A DNA stretch of 36,801 bases, from the sequence record SRR2962707_2507; one strand, given 5' to 3'. Below are positions 1 through 9,864 of this stretch, one piece after another; position 1 is the first letter of the stretch, and the number at the start of each line of letters is the position of its first letter. The notes beneath the pieces are model-generated. The model was not told the DNA's origin. It was given only the letters and a program-made list of their open reading frames with translations, and did not search any database. The position numbers and the translations under genes are program-made.

Positions 1-1098
1 AAACGTCTGATCATCAAGGTCGGCTCGGCCCTTCTGGTCGATGAAACCACTGGCAAGCTTCGCCGTGCCTGGCTCGAAGCCCTGGCCGATGACATCGCCC
101 TTTTGCGTGAACGCGGGGTAGAGGTCATTGTCGTCTCCAGTGGTGCCATTGCCATGGGCCGACGCTTGCTGGGGCTTGACCACCGCACCATCAGTCTGGC
201 CGATAAACAGGCCGCCGCAGCCACTGGCCAAATCAGCCTGTCACAGGTCTGGCAAGAGGCGCTTGGCCGCAATGGCCTGACCATGGCGCAGGTGCTGGTG
301 ACGCTGGAGGATATGGAAGGCCGCCGTCGCTATCTCAATGCACGCGGCACGCTCAATGCGCTGCTCGCCCACGGTGCTGTCCCCCTGATCAACGAAAACG
401 ATACCGTCGCGACCGAAGAAATCCGCTTTGGCGATAATGATCGTCTGGGGGCCAAGGTCGCGCACATGATCTCGGCCGATACGCTTGTGTTGTTATCCGA
501 TATCGATGGCCTTTATACCGCCGACCCGCGCAAGAACCCGGATGCAAAACTGATCCCCGAAGTCCGTGAGCTCACCCCGGACATCATGGCCATGGCCGGT
601 GCGGCCCCGACCATGTATAGCTCGGGCGGGATGGTGACCAAATTGCAGGCGGCTGAAATCGCCATGAAATCGGGCTGTCGTATGATCATCGCGCGCGGCA
701 CGATCTATCATCCGCTCAAAGCCCAGCTTGAAGGTGGACCCAATACCGTCTTTTTGCCCAGTGAAAGCCCGCTTGCTGCACGCCGCCACTGGATAGCAAC
801 GTCGCTTTCGGCCCCCGGTGCAATCATTGTCGATGACGGGGCGGCCAATGCGATGCGGGCAGGCAAAAACCTGTTACCGGCCGGTATTCTCAGCGTTCAG
901 GGCAGTTTTAATCGAGGAGATACTGTGCGGGTGCTTGATCTCGGCGAAGTCGAGATGGCACGTGGCATTTCTGCCTATTCTGCCGAAGAGACTCGTCAGA
1001 TCAAGGGGCGCGGCAGTCAGGATATTGAAGCGACGTTGGGGTATGTTCGTGGCAATGTTGTTATTCATTCCGACGATTTGGTTATATCCCTAATGTAG
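1..1098 (+). CDS. proB: Glutamate 5-kinase with C-terminal PUA domain (5' end truncated by the window)
   Basis: Frame 1 is open from base 1 (KRLIIKVGSALLVD...). Motifs VVSSGAIA, KQAAAATGQ, PLINENDTVATEEIRFGDNDRL, LLSDIDGLYTADP, GGMVTKLQAA and PUA-type IIVDDGA...LLPAGI...F.RGD are present. Confidence 0.97.
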   Translation, partial: KRLIIKVGSALLVDETTGKLRRAWLEALADDIALLRERGVEVIVVSSGAIAMGRRLLGLDHRTISLADKQAAAATGQISLSQVWQEALGRNGLTMAQVLVTLEDMEGRRRYLNARGTLNALLAHGAVPLINENDTVATEEIRFGDNDRLGAKVAHMISADTLVLLSDIDGLYTADPRKNPDAKLIPEVRELTPDIMAMAGAAPTMYSSGGMVTKLQAAEIAMKSGCRMIIARGTIYHPLKAQLEGGPNTVFLPSESPLAARRHWIATSLSAPGAIIVDDGAANAMRAGKNLLPAGILSVQGSFNRGDTVRVLDLGEVEMARGISAYSAEETRQIKGRGSQDIEATLGYVRGNVVIHSDDLVISLM

Positions 1099-1323
1099 GT
1101 GATGTTTGTTGCAGCTTTGATTTCTCAGTGTTTCTTATTAGTATCCAAGATACCTGTGTCATACAAAAAGCAATTTTATTCGGAGTGGGTAAATCGAAGG
1201 TAGGCTTGTTTCGTTTTATCTATGGATGAAGAAAATGCGACTGAGGGAAAGTGCGGGATATTATGAAATCATTATAAAAGTAGAATTAATGATTTAATTG
1301 TAATGATTGTTTTGAGGGTTGTA

Positions 1324-3174
1324 ATGGAAAACGATTTTTGTGTTGCTTCAGGTGTGAATAAAGAAATTTCCCATTTGAAAATCCTGAGTAAATTAATTTT
1401 TGTTATTAAGTTTCAGCACAAATGTATGTTCATTTTAATATTGTTTAATGCTCTTGTGATGTCTATTATTGAGATTAGTGGAATTGGTGTAATATTTTTA
1501 TTTATGAAAGTAGTATCTGATCCTAGTCAAATTCAAAAATCTGATTTACTATTTTATTTTTATGATTTTTTTAAATTTTCAAGCACAGAAAGATTCCTTG
1601 CCTTTATTGGTGCAGCGGCATTTTTTATTATAGTATTTAGAAGTTTTTTTGGGGCTTTTGAGGCATGGTTTCGTCTTAGATTTGTCAGTGAACTTCAGTT
1701 GTATTTTTCTACTGGTCTACTTAAGACTTATATGCATCGAAATATTTTATTTTTCCATAATAATAATACTTCATCATTAGCAAAAAATATTTTGGAAGAA
1801 ATTAACAGATTTGTTGGTGGTTACATTATGGAGGTTTTGTCAATTGTCAGTGATTTTTCTGTGTCAATAGTTGTTCTATCATTTTTAGTATTAAATGAAC
1901 CTGTCTTGTCAATTTCAGCGATATTTAGTATCGGTTCGGCATATTTATTAATATATTTTCTGCTTAAGAAGAAAGCAGAGAAGATCGGGCGGGATAGGAT
2001 GGTTGCAAATGATCGGCGTTTCATTAATGTAAACGAGGCTCTTGGTGGGATAAAAGAAGCAAAGTTACTTTCAATAGAAGATTTTTTCATAAATAAATTC
2101 AATAATAATAGTAAGATATTTTATGATACGACTGTAAAAGTAAAGCTATTCCAAGTGATTCCGAGATTTTTTCTCGAGGTTATTGCTTTTGGCGGGATTG
2201 TTATTTTTATTACTTATATGATTATTGCAGGGGAGCCGTTGGCAGGGTTGATGGGATCATTGACCTTGTTTGGGTTGGGGCTTTATCGTGCTTTTCCAAG
2301 ACTTGATGGTGTGTTGAAAGGGTTCTTAAGTCTTAGCTTTGATAAAAATGTAGTGTTATTGATTCTTGAGAGTTTTGAGATCCGATCAGATGATTGGGAA
2401 GACGCGGATCCTTTTAGGGTTGCGCTTCCATTTGTTAAGCAGATTAGTTTGGTAAATGTTTCATTTAGGTATCCAGATGCAAGTCAGGATGCCATATTTG
2501 TGCCCAATTTATCTATAAAGCACGGTTCGTCTGTTGGGATTGTTGGTAAAACCGGGGCCGGAAAGTCGACTTTGATGGATTTGATTACTGGGCTTATGGA
2601 GCCTACTCAAGGGGAGCTTAAAGTCGATGGTAAGGTTGTGAACCAAGTTAGTGTTAGGTCGTGGCAAAGAAATATTGGATATGTGCCGCAAACAATTTTT
2701 CTAAAGGACGGAAGTGTTTCTAGTAATATTGCGTATGGGGTTTTGGACAATAAAATTGACACGGAGGCAATTATAAGGGCTGCTAAAGCAGCGCATATTC
2801 ATGACTTCATCGTAAATGAATTGCCTCAAGGTTATGAAACTGAAGTTGGTGAGCGCGGGGTGCGTTTGAGCGGGGGGCAACGTCAGCGTATTGGGATTGC
2901 TAGGGCTTTATATATGGAGCCCAAAGTTCTTGTTCTGGATGAAGCGACTAGTGCGCTTGATAATGTTACTGAAGCTTCAGTAACTGCAGCGATAAAGGAG
3001 TTCTCGGGAAAGCTAACAGTTATAATGATCGCGCATCGTTTGTCGTCAGTAAGAGACTGCGATCAAATATTTTTTGTTGACCGGGGTGTAGTTGCTGGAA
3101 GCGGGAGCTATAGTGATCTTTTGGAAAACGAAAGCAAGTTTCGTGAGCTGGCGCAGGCGGATCTACGAAGCTGA
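1324..3174 (+). CDS. ABC exporter half-transporter (TMD+NBD), PglK/WlaB/MsbA-like lipid-linked oligosaccharide flippase
   Basis: Hydrophobic N-terminal half; Walker A GKTGAGKST, Q-loop GYVPQ, signature LSGGQRQRIGIARA, Walker B LVLDEATSALD, H-loop IAHRLS. The ORF is open from 1303; ATG 1324 follows GAGGG (1314-1318) and is the likelier start. Confidence 0.9.
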   Translation: MENDFCVASGVNKEISHLKILSKLIFVIKFQHKCMFILILFNALVMSIIEISGIGVIFLFMKVVSDPSQIQKSDLLFYFYDFFKFSSTERFLAFIGAAAFFIIVFRSFFGAFEAWFRLRFVSELQLYFSTGLLKTYMHRNILFFHNNNTSSLAKNILEEINRFVGGYIMEVLSIVSDFSVSIVVLSFLVLNEPVLSISAIFSIGSAYLLIYFLLKKKAEKIGRDRMVANDRRFINVNEALGGIKEAKLLSIEDFFINKFNNNSKIFYDTTVKVKLFQVIPRFFLEVIAFGGIVIFITYMIIAGEPLAGLMGSLTLFGLGLYRAFPRLDGVLKGFLSLSFDKNVVLLILESFEIRSDDWEDADPFRVALPFVKQISLVNVSFRYPDASQDAIFVPNLSIKHGSSVGIVGKTGAGKSTLMDLITGLMEPTQGELKVDGKVVNQVSVRSWQRNIGYVPQTIFLKDGSVSSNIAYGVLDNKIDTEAIIRAAKAAHIHDFIVNELPQGYETEVGERGVRLSGGQRQRIGIARALYMEPKVLVLDEATSALDNVTEASVTAAIKEFSGKLTVIMIAHRLSSVRDCDQIFFVDRGVVAGSGSYSDLLENESKFRELAQADLRS

Positions 3175-3212
3175 GAGAGATTAGATTTTTTCTCTGATTA
3201 AATTATTAGGAT

Positions 3213-4270
3213 GTGAACTTGGATAGGGCGTTTCTTGTCACGGGTGGTGCGGGCTTTATCGGGGCGGCCTTAATTCGTCAATTGATAGGCAAGGGTGTGC
3301 GGATTGTTAATGTTGATTGCCTTAACCTATGCAGGCAATCTCGAATCACTTGATAATGTTGTTGATTTTCCAAGCTACATCCATGAAAAGGTTGACATTC
3401 GGGATGCTGCTTCAGTCCGGCGGCTCTTTGAATGTTATCGTCCAAATGGTGTATTCCATCTTGCAGCCGAATCTCATGTCGATAGATCAATTGATAACGC
3501 TTCCGATTTCATTTCAACGAATGTTTTTGGCACGTATGTTCTTTTCGAAGCTGCGAGAGCGTACATAGAGACGGCTGATAAAGATGATTTTCGGTTCTCG
3601 CATGTTTCGACAGATGAAGTGTTTGGCTCTTTAGGGGGGGCAGGACGATTTAATGAAAAGACGCGATATCAGCCGCGTTCTCCTTATTCAGCGTCAAAGG
3701 CCTCACCCGATCATTTGGCGCGGGCATGGTTTGAGACATGCGGTGTCCCAGTAATTGTCTCGAATTGCTCAAATAATTATGGCCCTTTTCAATTTCCAGA
3801 AAAAGTTGATTCCTTTATCAATTATCCGCGCCCTGTCCTGCGAGACTATCCCGGTCTACGGTGATGGTAAAAATATTCGCGATTGGATATTCGTGGAGGA
3901 TCATGTTTCGGCATTGATATTGATCATAGAAAATGGCAGGGTCGGCGAAACTTATGCGATTGGTGGAAATAGAGAACTTACAAATCTTTCTGTCGTAACT
4001 GAGATTTGTAAGGTGCTTGATGAAATGCGACCAAGGGCTGATAGAGGCCTATACGTAGAGAGTATCCGGTTTGTTAAGGATCGGCCTGGACATGATTTTC
4101 GCTATGCGATTAATAGTGGTAAGTTGTCCTCTGAGCTGGCGTGGGAGCCTCGTGAGAGCTTTAAGACAGGGCTCAGGAAGACAGTTGCATGGTATATGGA
4201 AAATGAAGCTTGGGTAAAGAATGTTTTGGATGGTAGCTACTGCGATCAAAGATTAGGGGCCTTAAAGTGA
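3213..4270 (+). pseudogene. rmlB: dTDP-glucose 4,6-dehydratase disrupted by two +1 frameshifts
   Basis: Three frames join into RmlB: FLVTGGAGFIGAA...VNVD, then ALTYAGNLESL...HLAAESHVDRSI...HVSTDEVFG...YSASK...NCSNNYGPFQFPEK, then LIPLSI...VYGDGKNIRDWIFVEDH...DRPGHDFRYAI. There is an extra T at ~3318 and an extra A in the A5 run at 3800-3804. Confidence 0.93.
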
Positions 4271-5160
4271 TCACCAAAGGGATTATTCTTGCAGGTGGGG
4301 CCGGGACTCGTTTGTATCCAGCTACAAAATCGGTAAGTAAACAGCTCCTGCCCATATTTAATAAGCCAATGATTTATTATCCGCTCAGCACACTCATGCT
4401 TGCGGGCATCCGGGAGATTTTGATTATTACTCGACCGGAAGAGCGAGCATTGTTTCAAGGTCTTTTAAAAGATGGAAAGCAGTTCGGGGTAAGTATCTCA
4501 TATGCTTGTCAGGAGCATCCAAGAGGGCTGGCTGATGCATTTATAATTGGCCGCGACTTTATTGCGGGAGATCCTGTATGTTTGATACTCGGGGATAATC
4601 TGTATTACGGAGAAGGTTTGGGACGTGTTGTTCGTCAATTGGCGACGAAGACTGAAGGGGCCTCTTTGCTGGCGTATTATGTGAATGACCCGGAAAGATA
4701 CGGGGTTGTTGAATTCTCTTCCGATATGAAGGTCTTGAGTCTTGAAGAGAAGCCCGCGCAGCCGAAGTCTTCTTATGTAATAACCGGTATGTATTTTTAT
4801 GGGCCAGACGTATGTGAAATTGCAGCTTCGATAAAGCCATCCGGTCGTGGTGAATTGGAAATAACATCAATTAATCAGATATATTTTGAGCAAGGAAAAT
4901 TATCTGTTGAAGTCATGGGGCGCGGGTTTGCGTGGCTAGATACTGGAAGTCACGAGTCAATGTTGGAAGCGAGTAACTTTGTTGCAAGTATTGAGCAACG
5001 GCAAGGATTGTTAGTATCTTCACCGGAAGAAATAGCCTACCGACTTGGTTTAATAGATGCCGATATGTTGCGGAACCTAGCCTTACCTATGAGTAATACT
5101 GATTATGGTAGTATGTTGTTACGTGTTTTGATCGAGAAAAAACAATATGTGAGTAACTGA
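4267..5160 (+). CDS. rmlA: Glucose-1-phosphate thymidylyltransferase
   Basis: GIILAGGAGTRLYPAT..VSKQLLPIFNKPMIYYPLSTLMLAGI, LILGDN, EEKP, SGRGELEIT, GRGFAWLDTG. The GTG start overlaps the rmlB stop. Confidence 0.96.
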   Translation: MITKGIILAGGAGTRLYPATKSVSKQLLPIFNKPMIYYPLSTLMLAGIREILIITRPEERALFQGLLKDGKQFGVSISYACQEHPRGLADAFIIGRDFIAGDPVCLILGDNLYYGEGLGRVVRQLATKTEGASLLAYYVNDPERYGVVEFSSDMKVLSLEEKPAQPKSSYVITGMYFYGPDVCEIAASIKPSGRGELEITSINQIYFEQGKLSVEVMGRGFAWLDTGSHESMLEASNFVASIEQRQGLLVSSPEEIAYRLGLIDADMLRNLALPMSNTDYGSMLLRVLIEKKQYVSN

Positions 5161-5166
5161 GAGACT

Positions 5167-6324
5167 ATGAGAGAAAATTTTTTGGTATTTGGTAGTCCGC
5201 AAATCGGTCAGGACGAGATTGATGATGTCCGTGCAGTTATGGAAAGTGGCTGGTTGGGGACAGGCCCTCGAACAGCTCAGTTCGAAAATGATTTTAGCTC
5301 TTATATAGCTAGGCCGAACGCTGTAGCATTAAACTCTTGTACCGCAGCTTTACATCTTTCTGCCCTCGTTGCGGGGTTGGGTCCAGGGGATGAGGTGATC
5401 ACGACACCGCTGACATTCTGTGCCACCGTAAATGCTATTATTCATGTAGGGGCAGTTCCGGTTCTTGCGGATATCAATCCGGTTACTTTAAATATTGATC
5501 CAACTGAAATAGAAAAGAAAATTACTAGTAATACCAAGGCGATTGTGCCTGTGCATTTTGCGGGGCATCCGTGTGATATGGATGCGATCGTCGGGATTGC
5601 CCAACGGCATGATCTTGTGTTGATTGAAGATTGTGCGCATGCCATCGAAACCCTTTACAAAGGCCAGCATGTTGGGACGTTTGGCAGGTTTGGTTGTTTT
5701 AGCTTTTATGTCACCAAGAACATTGTGACTGGGGAAGGTGGGATGGTGACAGCTTCTGAACTGCAAGATGCCGATCGTGTTCGCAAACTGTCACTTCACG
5801 GAATGAGTCGGGATGCTTGGAAGCGTTTTGGGAGCGCAGGGTATCGTCATTATCAGGTCGAGGAAGCAGGTTTCAAATACAATATGATGGATCTGCAAGC
5901 TGCGATTGGAATACATCAACTGGCGCGTGTCGAGGCAAACCATGCGCGAAGAGGAATAATTTGGGAAAGATACAATTCCGCATTCGGAGGACTTCCAGTG
6001 AAGTTGCCAGCTGAAATTGAGCCCGGAAACCGGCACGCATATCATCTTTATACCCTGCAATTAGATGAGGAGCGTTCTCCGTTGAAACGCGATGTATTTC
6101 TTGATGCGATGACGGCCCGTAATATAGGGGTTGGGGTTCATTATCTAAGCTTACCAGAGCATCCTTTCTATCAGAATACTTTTGGATGGAAGACTGCCGA
6201 CTATCCGCATGCTATGCGTGCGGGGAGAACAATAGTAAGTCTGCCTATGTCAGCCAATCTTTCAGACAAAGATGTCTCCGACGTGATCACTACCGTCTCC
6301 GAATTGCTCTCGGATCCTAAATAA
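5167..6324 (+). CDS. DegT/DnrJ/EryC1/StrS PLP-dependent sugar aminotransferase (SpsC/ArnB-like)
   Basis: SGWLGTGP, NSCTAALHL, IVPVHFAGHPCDMD, IEDCAHA, FSFYVTKNIVTGEGG (PLP lysine), GFKYNMMDLQAAIG. Confidence 0.93.
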   Translation: MRENFLVFGSPQIGQDEIDDVRAVMESGWLGTGPRTAQFENDFSSYIARPNAVALNSCTAALHLSALVAGLGPGDEVITTPLTFCATVNAIIHVGAVPVLADINPVTLNIDPTEIEKKITSNTKAIVPVHFAGHPCDMDAIVGIAQRHDLVLIEDCAHAIETLYKGQHVGTFGRFGCFSFYVTKNIVTGEGGMVTASELQDADRVRKLSLHGMSRDAWKRFGSAGYRHYQVEEAGFKYNMMDLQAAIGIHQLARVEANHARRGIIWERYNSAFGGLPVKLPAEIEPGNRHAYHLYTLQLDEERSPLKRDVFLDAMTARNIGVGVHYLSLPEHPFYQNTFGWKTADYPHAMRAGRTIVSLPMSANLSDKDVSDVITTVSELLSDPK

Positions 6325-7148
6325 TGCCAGAGAATAAGCAAATGCAAAGTTACGGTCGATATTCCTTGGCGAGTTTGTTCGATCTGGACGGACAAGTGAT
6401 TATGGTTACTGGTGCCGGAGGGCAGATAGGTGGTGAAATTGTGGCAGCTGCCCTAGGATTAGGAGCACAAGTTGTGGCCTCTGATGCGAACGAAGAAGTA
6501 TTGCTCAATCGAGCATCAGGCGCTGGCTGGCCGGACGACAAAGTATTATTGGCATCTTGTGATATCCGCTTTAAAGATCAAGTTCGTGATTTGTTTGAAC
6601 GCGGAGAGGAGAAATTTGGGACGATAACTGCTTTGGTGAATAATGCCGGGGTGAGTGTTTTTGAACCGTTTTTAGAGCGTGACGAGGCTGCGTTCGACTG
6701 GGTAATGGATGTAAACCTCAAAGGGACATTCTGGTGTATTCGAGAATTTATTGAACGGTCCAACAAGGAACAGAAGCGCCGGATAGTGAACGTTGCTTCT
6801 CATTATGGTTTAGTAAGCCCGGATCCCCGCATTTATACGGATTGTGCCCGCCGAAATTCAGAAGTCTACGGAGCAACGAAAGCTGGTGTTATACAAATGA
6901 CGCGGTACTTTGCGGTGCATGCGGCTGAGTATGGCGTCAATGTAAATGCTATTGCGCCAGGGGGGGTCCGCAACCCTTGGGACCCGCAAGGTTCGGATTT
7001 TCAACACAATTATGGTTTTCGCAATCCGATGGGTCGCATGGCTGAATTGGATGAAATTCCAGGTGCTGTTGTCTTCTTACTATCGCAAGCAGCGAACTAC
7101 ATTAACGGCCAAACGATTGCTATTGATGGCGGCGCGACGGCTTGGTGA
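6324..7148 (+). CDS. SDR-family NAD(P)-dependent oxidoreductase (PtmA/ElaC-like, nonulosonate-cluster type)
   Basis: TGAGGQIG, NNAG, YGATK catalytic motif, VNAIAPGG, YINGQTIAIDGG. The segment SHYGLVSPDPRIY is typical of SDRs in NulO loci. Confidence 0.88.
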   Translation: MPENKQMQSYGRYSLASLFDLDGQVIMVTGAGGQIGGEIVAAALGLGAQVVASDANEEVLLNRASGAGWPDDKVLLASCDIRFKDQVRDLFERGEEKFGTITALVNNAGVSVFEPFLERDEAAFDWVMDVNLKGTFWCIREFIERSNKEQKRRIVNVASHYGLVSPDPRIYTDCARRNSEVYGATKAGVIQMTRYFAVHAAEYGVNVNAIAPGGVRNPWDPQGSDFQHNYGFRNPMGRMAELDEIPGAVVFLLSQAANYINGQTIAIDGGATAW

Positions 7149-7179
7149 AAATCTAATTTAAATCGGAGGTTATTAGAGA

Positions 7180-8037
7180 ATGGCTGGAAAAGTACTGAGT
7201 TTCGGTGGTCGCAAAGTCGGTGAAGGATTTCCTGTCTTTGTGATTGCAGAAGTCGGGATTAATCATGATGGGGATATGAACTCGGCTGAGAAGCTGTTGG
7301 TTGAAGCTGCCAAAGCGGGTGCAGATGCCGTAAAGCTGCAGACATATATCACCGAGAAGCGCGTAGAACGCGACAGTCCAGTATATGATATCTTAAAAAA
7401 ATGCGAGCTTAGCTTCGACGAACAAGAAAGATTGTTTGAATTGGGGCGCGAGCTTGGGGTCATGGTTTTCAGCACCCCGTTTGATGATGAGGCCGTTGAT
7501 TTTCTTGAGAGTGTAAACACGCCTGCCTACAAGGTTGCTAGCTTTGATTCTGTGAATAAGACGTTGTTGCGGAAGATCAGTGCAACGAAAAAGCCTGTTA
7601 TAATGTCTACCGGGATGACCAGTCTCGAAGAGCTTGGTGCTGCATGGAAAGCTCTGGGCGGGAAGGAAGACGGGACTGGATGTGATTTGGCTCTGTTGCA
7701 TTGCGTTTCGTCTTATCCACTAGACGACAAGAAGGCCAATCTTGCTGTCGTGCCTTATCTTCACGAACTCCATGGTGGGCCTGTTGGTTATTCGGACCAT
7801 ACCATAGGTATTGAAGTTCCTGCCTTGGCTGTTGCAGCAGGCGCTCAACTAATCGAAAAGCATTTCACGCTTGATACTTCAGCAAGTGGGCCTGATCATG
7901 CGATGTCAGCTGACCCAAAAACCTTGCAGGTAATGATTGAAAAAATTCGTTGGGTCGAAAAAGTGATGGGTGTAAGGACCTTGGGTGTTCGGGAAACGGA
8001 AACCAGTATCGTTCCTTTCCGTCGAATGACGGATTAA
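7180..8037 (+). CDS. NeuB-family nonulosonic acid synthase, short form lacking the SAF/antifreeze-like domain
   Basis: VIAEVGINHDGD, GADAVKLQT, FSTPFD, YKVASFD, IMSTGM, LLHCVSSYP, GYSDHT, IEKHFTLD..GPDH. The protein is only 285 aa. Confidence 0.93.
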   Translation: MAGKVLSFGGRKVGEGFPVFVIAEVGINHDGDMNSAEKLLVEAAKAGADAVKLQTYITEKRVERDSPVYDILKKCELSFDEQERLFELGRELGVMVFSTPFDDEAVDFLESVNTPAYKVASFDSVNKTLLRKISATKKPVIMSTGMTSLEELGAAWKALGGKEDGTGCDLALLHCVSSYPLDDKKANLAVVPYLHELHGGPVGYSDHTIGIEVPALAVAAGAQLIEKHFTLDTSASGPDHAMSADPKTLQVMIEKIRWVEKVMGVRTLGVRETETSIVPFRRMTD

Positions 8038-8049
8038 CCGCAAAAGAAG

Positions 8050-9087
8050 ATGACTTTAATAACGTTTCGATGTGATGGCGCGACTTTACCGGAAATCGGA
8101 ACGGGCCACGTAATTCGTGATTTGACGCTTGCAAATGGGCTGGTTTCGCTAGGAATTTGCCAAAGAGAAGATATTCTATTTGCTGTTCGTAGCGAAGGTC
8201 CATATGCCGTGGGTGCAGATATTATCGATCAGGCTGGTTTTTCAAAACTGGCATGCGCCGATAGTGACTTAGACCCCAAGGGAGCCTCCGAAGGTCAAAC
8301 ACTATCCGATACGGGCGCCAAGGTAATCATTTTTGATCGGTTAACTACCGACCGGGCAACAATAGAAGCTGCTCGAGAGAAACGCGCAAAGATTGTTTCT
8401 TTTGATGACCTGGGGAGTGGAAAGGGTGCCGTCGACCTTGTTGTCAACGCAATTTTGTATTCTGCAATGGGGTCATGCGACCGTATGCTTTCGGGCTATG
8501 ACTACTTGATCCTTCCGGAAAGTACGCCAAACTGGCGTCAGAGAAGCGGTCCCGTCGACCGCATCCTAGTGAGTTTTGGGGGTTATGACCGGAATGACTT
8601 AAGCGGGCAGTTCTTGGACGCTCTACCGCATTTGTCTTCCAGTGCCCGAGTTGACGTCGTAATCGGTGAAGTTGAAGGAAAAGGCCTCAATGCGTTGAAG
8701 CAGAAGGCCACGAGGTTGGGGAGCGGGCGCGTATTTCTTCACCGCCGACCGAAAAATTTCGGTTCTTTTCTGGATGCTGCTGACATGGCCATTGTTGCGG
8801 GGGGATTGACAATTTTTCAGTGTGTCGCTGCGGGGGTACCAGTAATTGGCTTTTCTCAGTATGATCATCAACGCACGACGCTCAAGCGGCTAGCGAAGCT
8901 TGGGGTAATAGAAAATGGTGATGCTTGCATGCATCCACAAAAAGCATTTGTTGATAGCGCGAATAAGTTACTTTCATCAGATAGCTTGCGTCGTGTCTTA
9001 TCTAAGACGTGCGCTAAGACGATAGACCATGATGGATTACCCAGGGTCATTTCTGCTATTACCAAATTACTAAGCGGAGAAGTTTGA
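8050..9087 (+). CDS. PseG/SpsG-family nucleotide-sugar hydrolase (GT-B fold)
   Basis: FRCDG...IGTGHVIRDLTLA, VSFDD, ILVSFGGYD, ADMAIVAGGLT...GVP. Confidence 0.85.
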   Translation: MTLITFRCDGATLPEIGTGHVIRDLTLANGLVSLGICQREDILFAVRSEGPYAVGADIIDQAGFSKLACADSDLDPKGASEGQTLSDTGAKVIIFDRLTTDRATIEAAREKRAKIVSFDDLGSGKGAVDLVVNAILYSAMGSCDRMLSGYDYLILPESTPNWRQRSGPVDRILVSFGGYDRNDLSGQFLDALPHLSSSARVDVVIGEVEGKGLNALKQKATRLGSGRVFLHRRPKNFGSFLDAADMAIVAGGLTIFQCVAAGVPVIGFSQYDHQRTTLKRLAKLGVIENGDACMHPQKAFVDSANKLLSSDSLRRVLSKTCAKTIDHDGLPRVISAITKLLSGEV

Positions 9088-9851
9088 GTTTGGCGCTAGA
9101 TCAAGAAAAACTGGTAAGTAATGATATTGTTTGCTTGCTTCCTTGGGATTCAAATTTTTTTGGGTTCCCCGTGGCTCAGGTAACCAGTGAACGATTAACC
9201 GCCGAGGGTATGACCAGGGTCTTGGAGTTTTGCCGCGAGTGTGACGTTAAGCTCCTTCAGTTCAAATGTGATGCGCATGATCGGCAGAGTATTCTTCTGG
9301 CCGAGCAACATGGCTTTCATTTTGCAGACATACGAATGACCTTTACCTGCAAGACATCCAACGCGGTTAACGCCTTGGTGAAGCCTTCAAAAGTCGTTTT
9401 TCGTAAAGCTGAAGAGCATGATATTGAATCGCTAATGGCGATTGCCGAAGATTTGTATCTGCATAGCCGTTACTATTTTGATATCAACTTCCCTAGGGAC
9501 AGAGTACGCGATTTTTACAGGGATTGGGTTCGAAAATCGGTGGGTGGTGAGTTTGATGATTTCGTATACGTCTTGAGTAACCGGGGTCGACTTGTGGCAT
9601 TTTGTACAGTTAAGCTTGGTAGAAAAGAGGCGAGTATCGGATTGGTTGGGGTGGACCCCCAATTCGCAGGGCAAGGTTTTGGTCGAAAACTGATAAAGAT
9701 TGTGTTGAGTGAAATCTTTGTAAGTGGCTTTGGTCAAGTTGGTGTAGTTACTCAAGGACGTAATTATTCTGCGCAAAGATTGTATCAAAGTGTTGGATTT
9801 ACAATGCAGCACCTGCAAATTTACTATCATAGATGGCAAGAAATTAATTAA
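9084..9851 (+). CDS. GNAT N-acetyltransferase, WecD/RffC (dTDP-4-amino-sugar acetyltransferase)-like
   Basis: LLPWDSNFFG, SRYYFD, acetyl-CoA motif VDPQFAGQGFGRKL, VVTQGRNYSAQRLYQSVGF. Confidence 0.85.
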   Translation: MSLALDQEKLVSNDIVCLLPWDSNFFGFPVAQVTSERLTAEGMTRVLEFCRECDVKLLQFKCDAHDRQSILLAEQHGFHFADIRMTFTCKTSNAVNALVKPSKVVFRKAEEHDIESLMAIAEDLYLHSRYYFDINFPRDRVRDFYRDWVRKSVGGEFDDFVYVLSNRGRLVAFCTVKLGRKEASIGLVGVDPQFAGQGFGRKLIKIVLSEIFVSGFGQVGVVTQGRNYSAQRLYQSVGFTMQHLQIYYHRWQEIN

Positions 9852-9864
9852 TTATTGAAAGGAA

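Noticed and set aside
1280-1302. CtrA box or ops/JUMPstart element upstream of the island
   Set aside because: The TTAA half-sites are 4 nt apart rather than 7, and no GGCGGTAG core was seen in the spacer.
3295-4270. Two separate CDSs at 3295-3864 and 3755-4270
   Set aside because: They are consecutive frames of one frameshifted rmlB.
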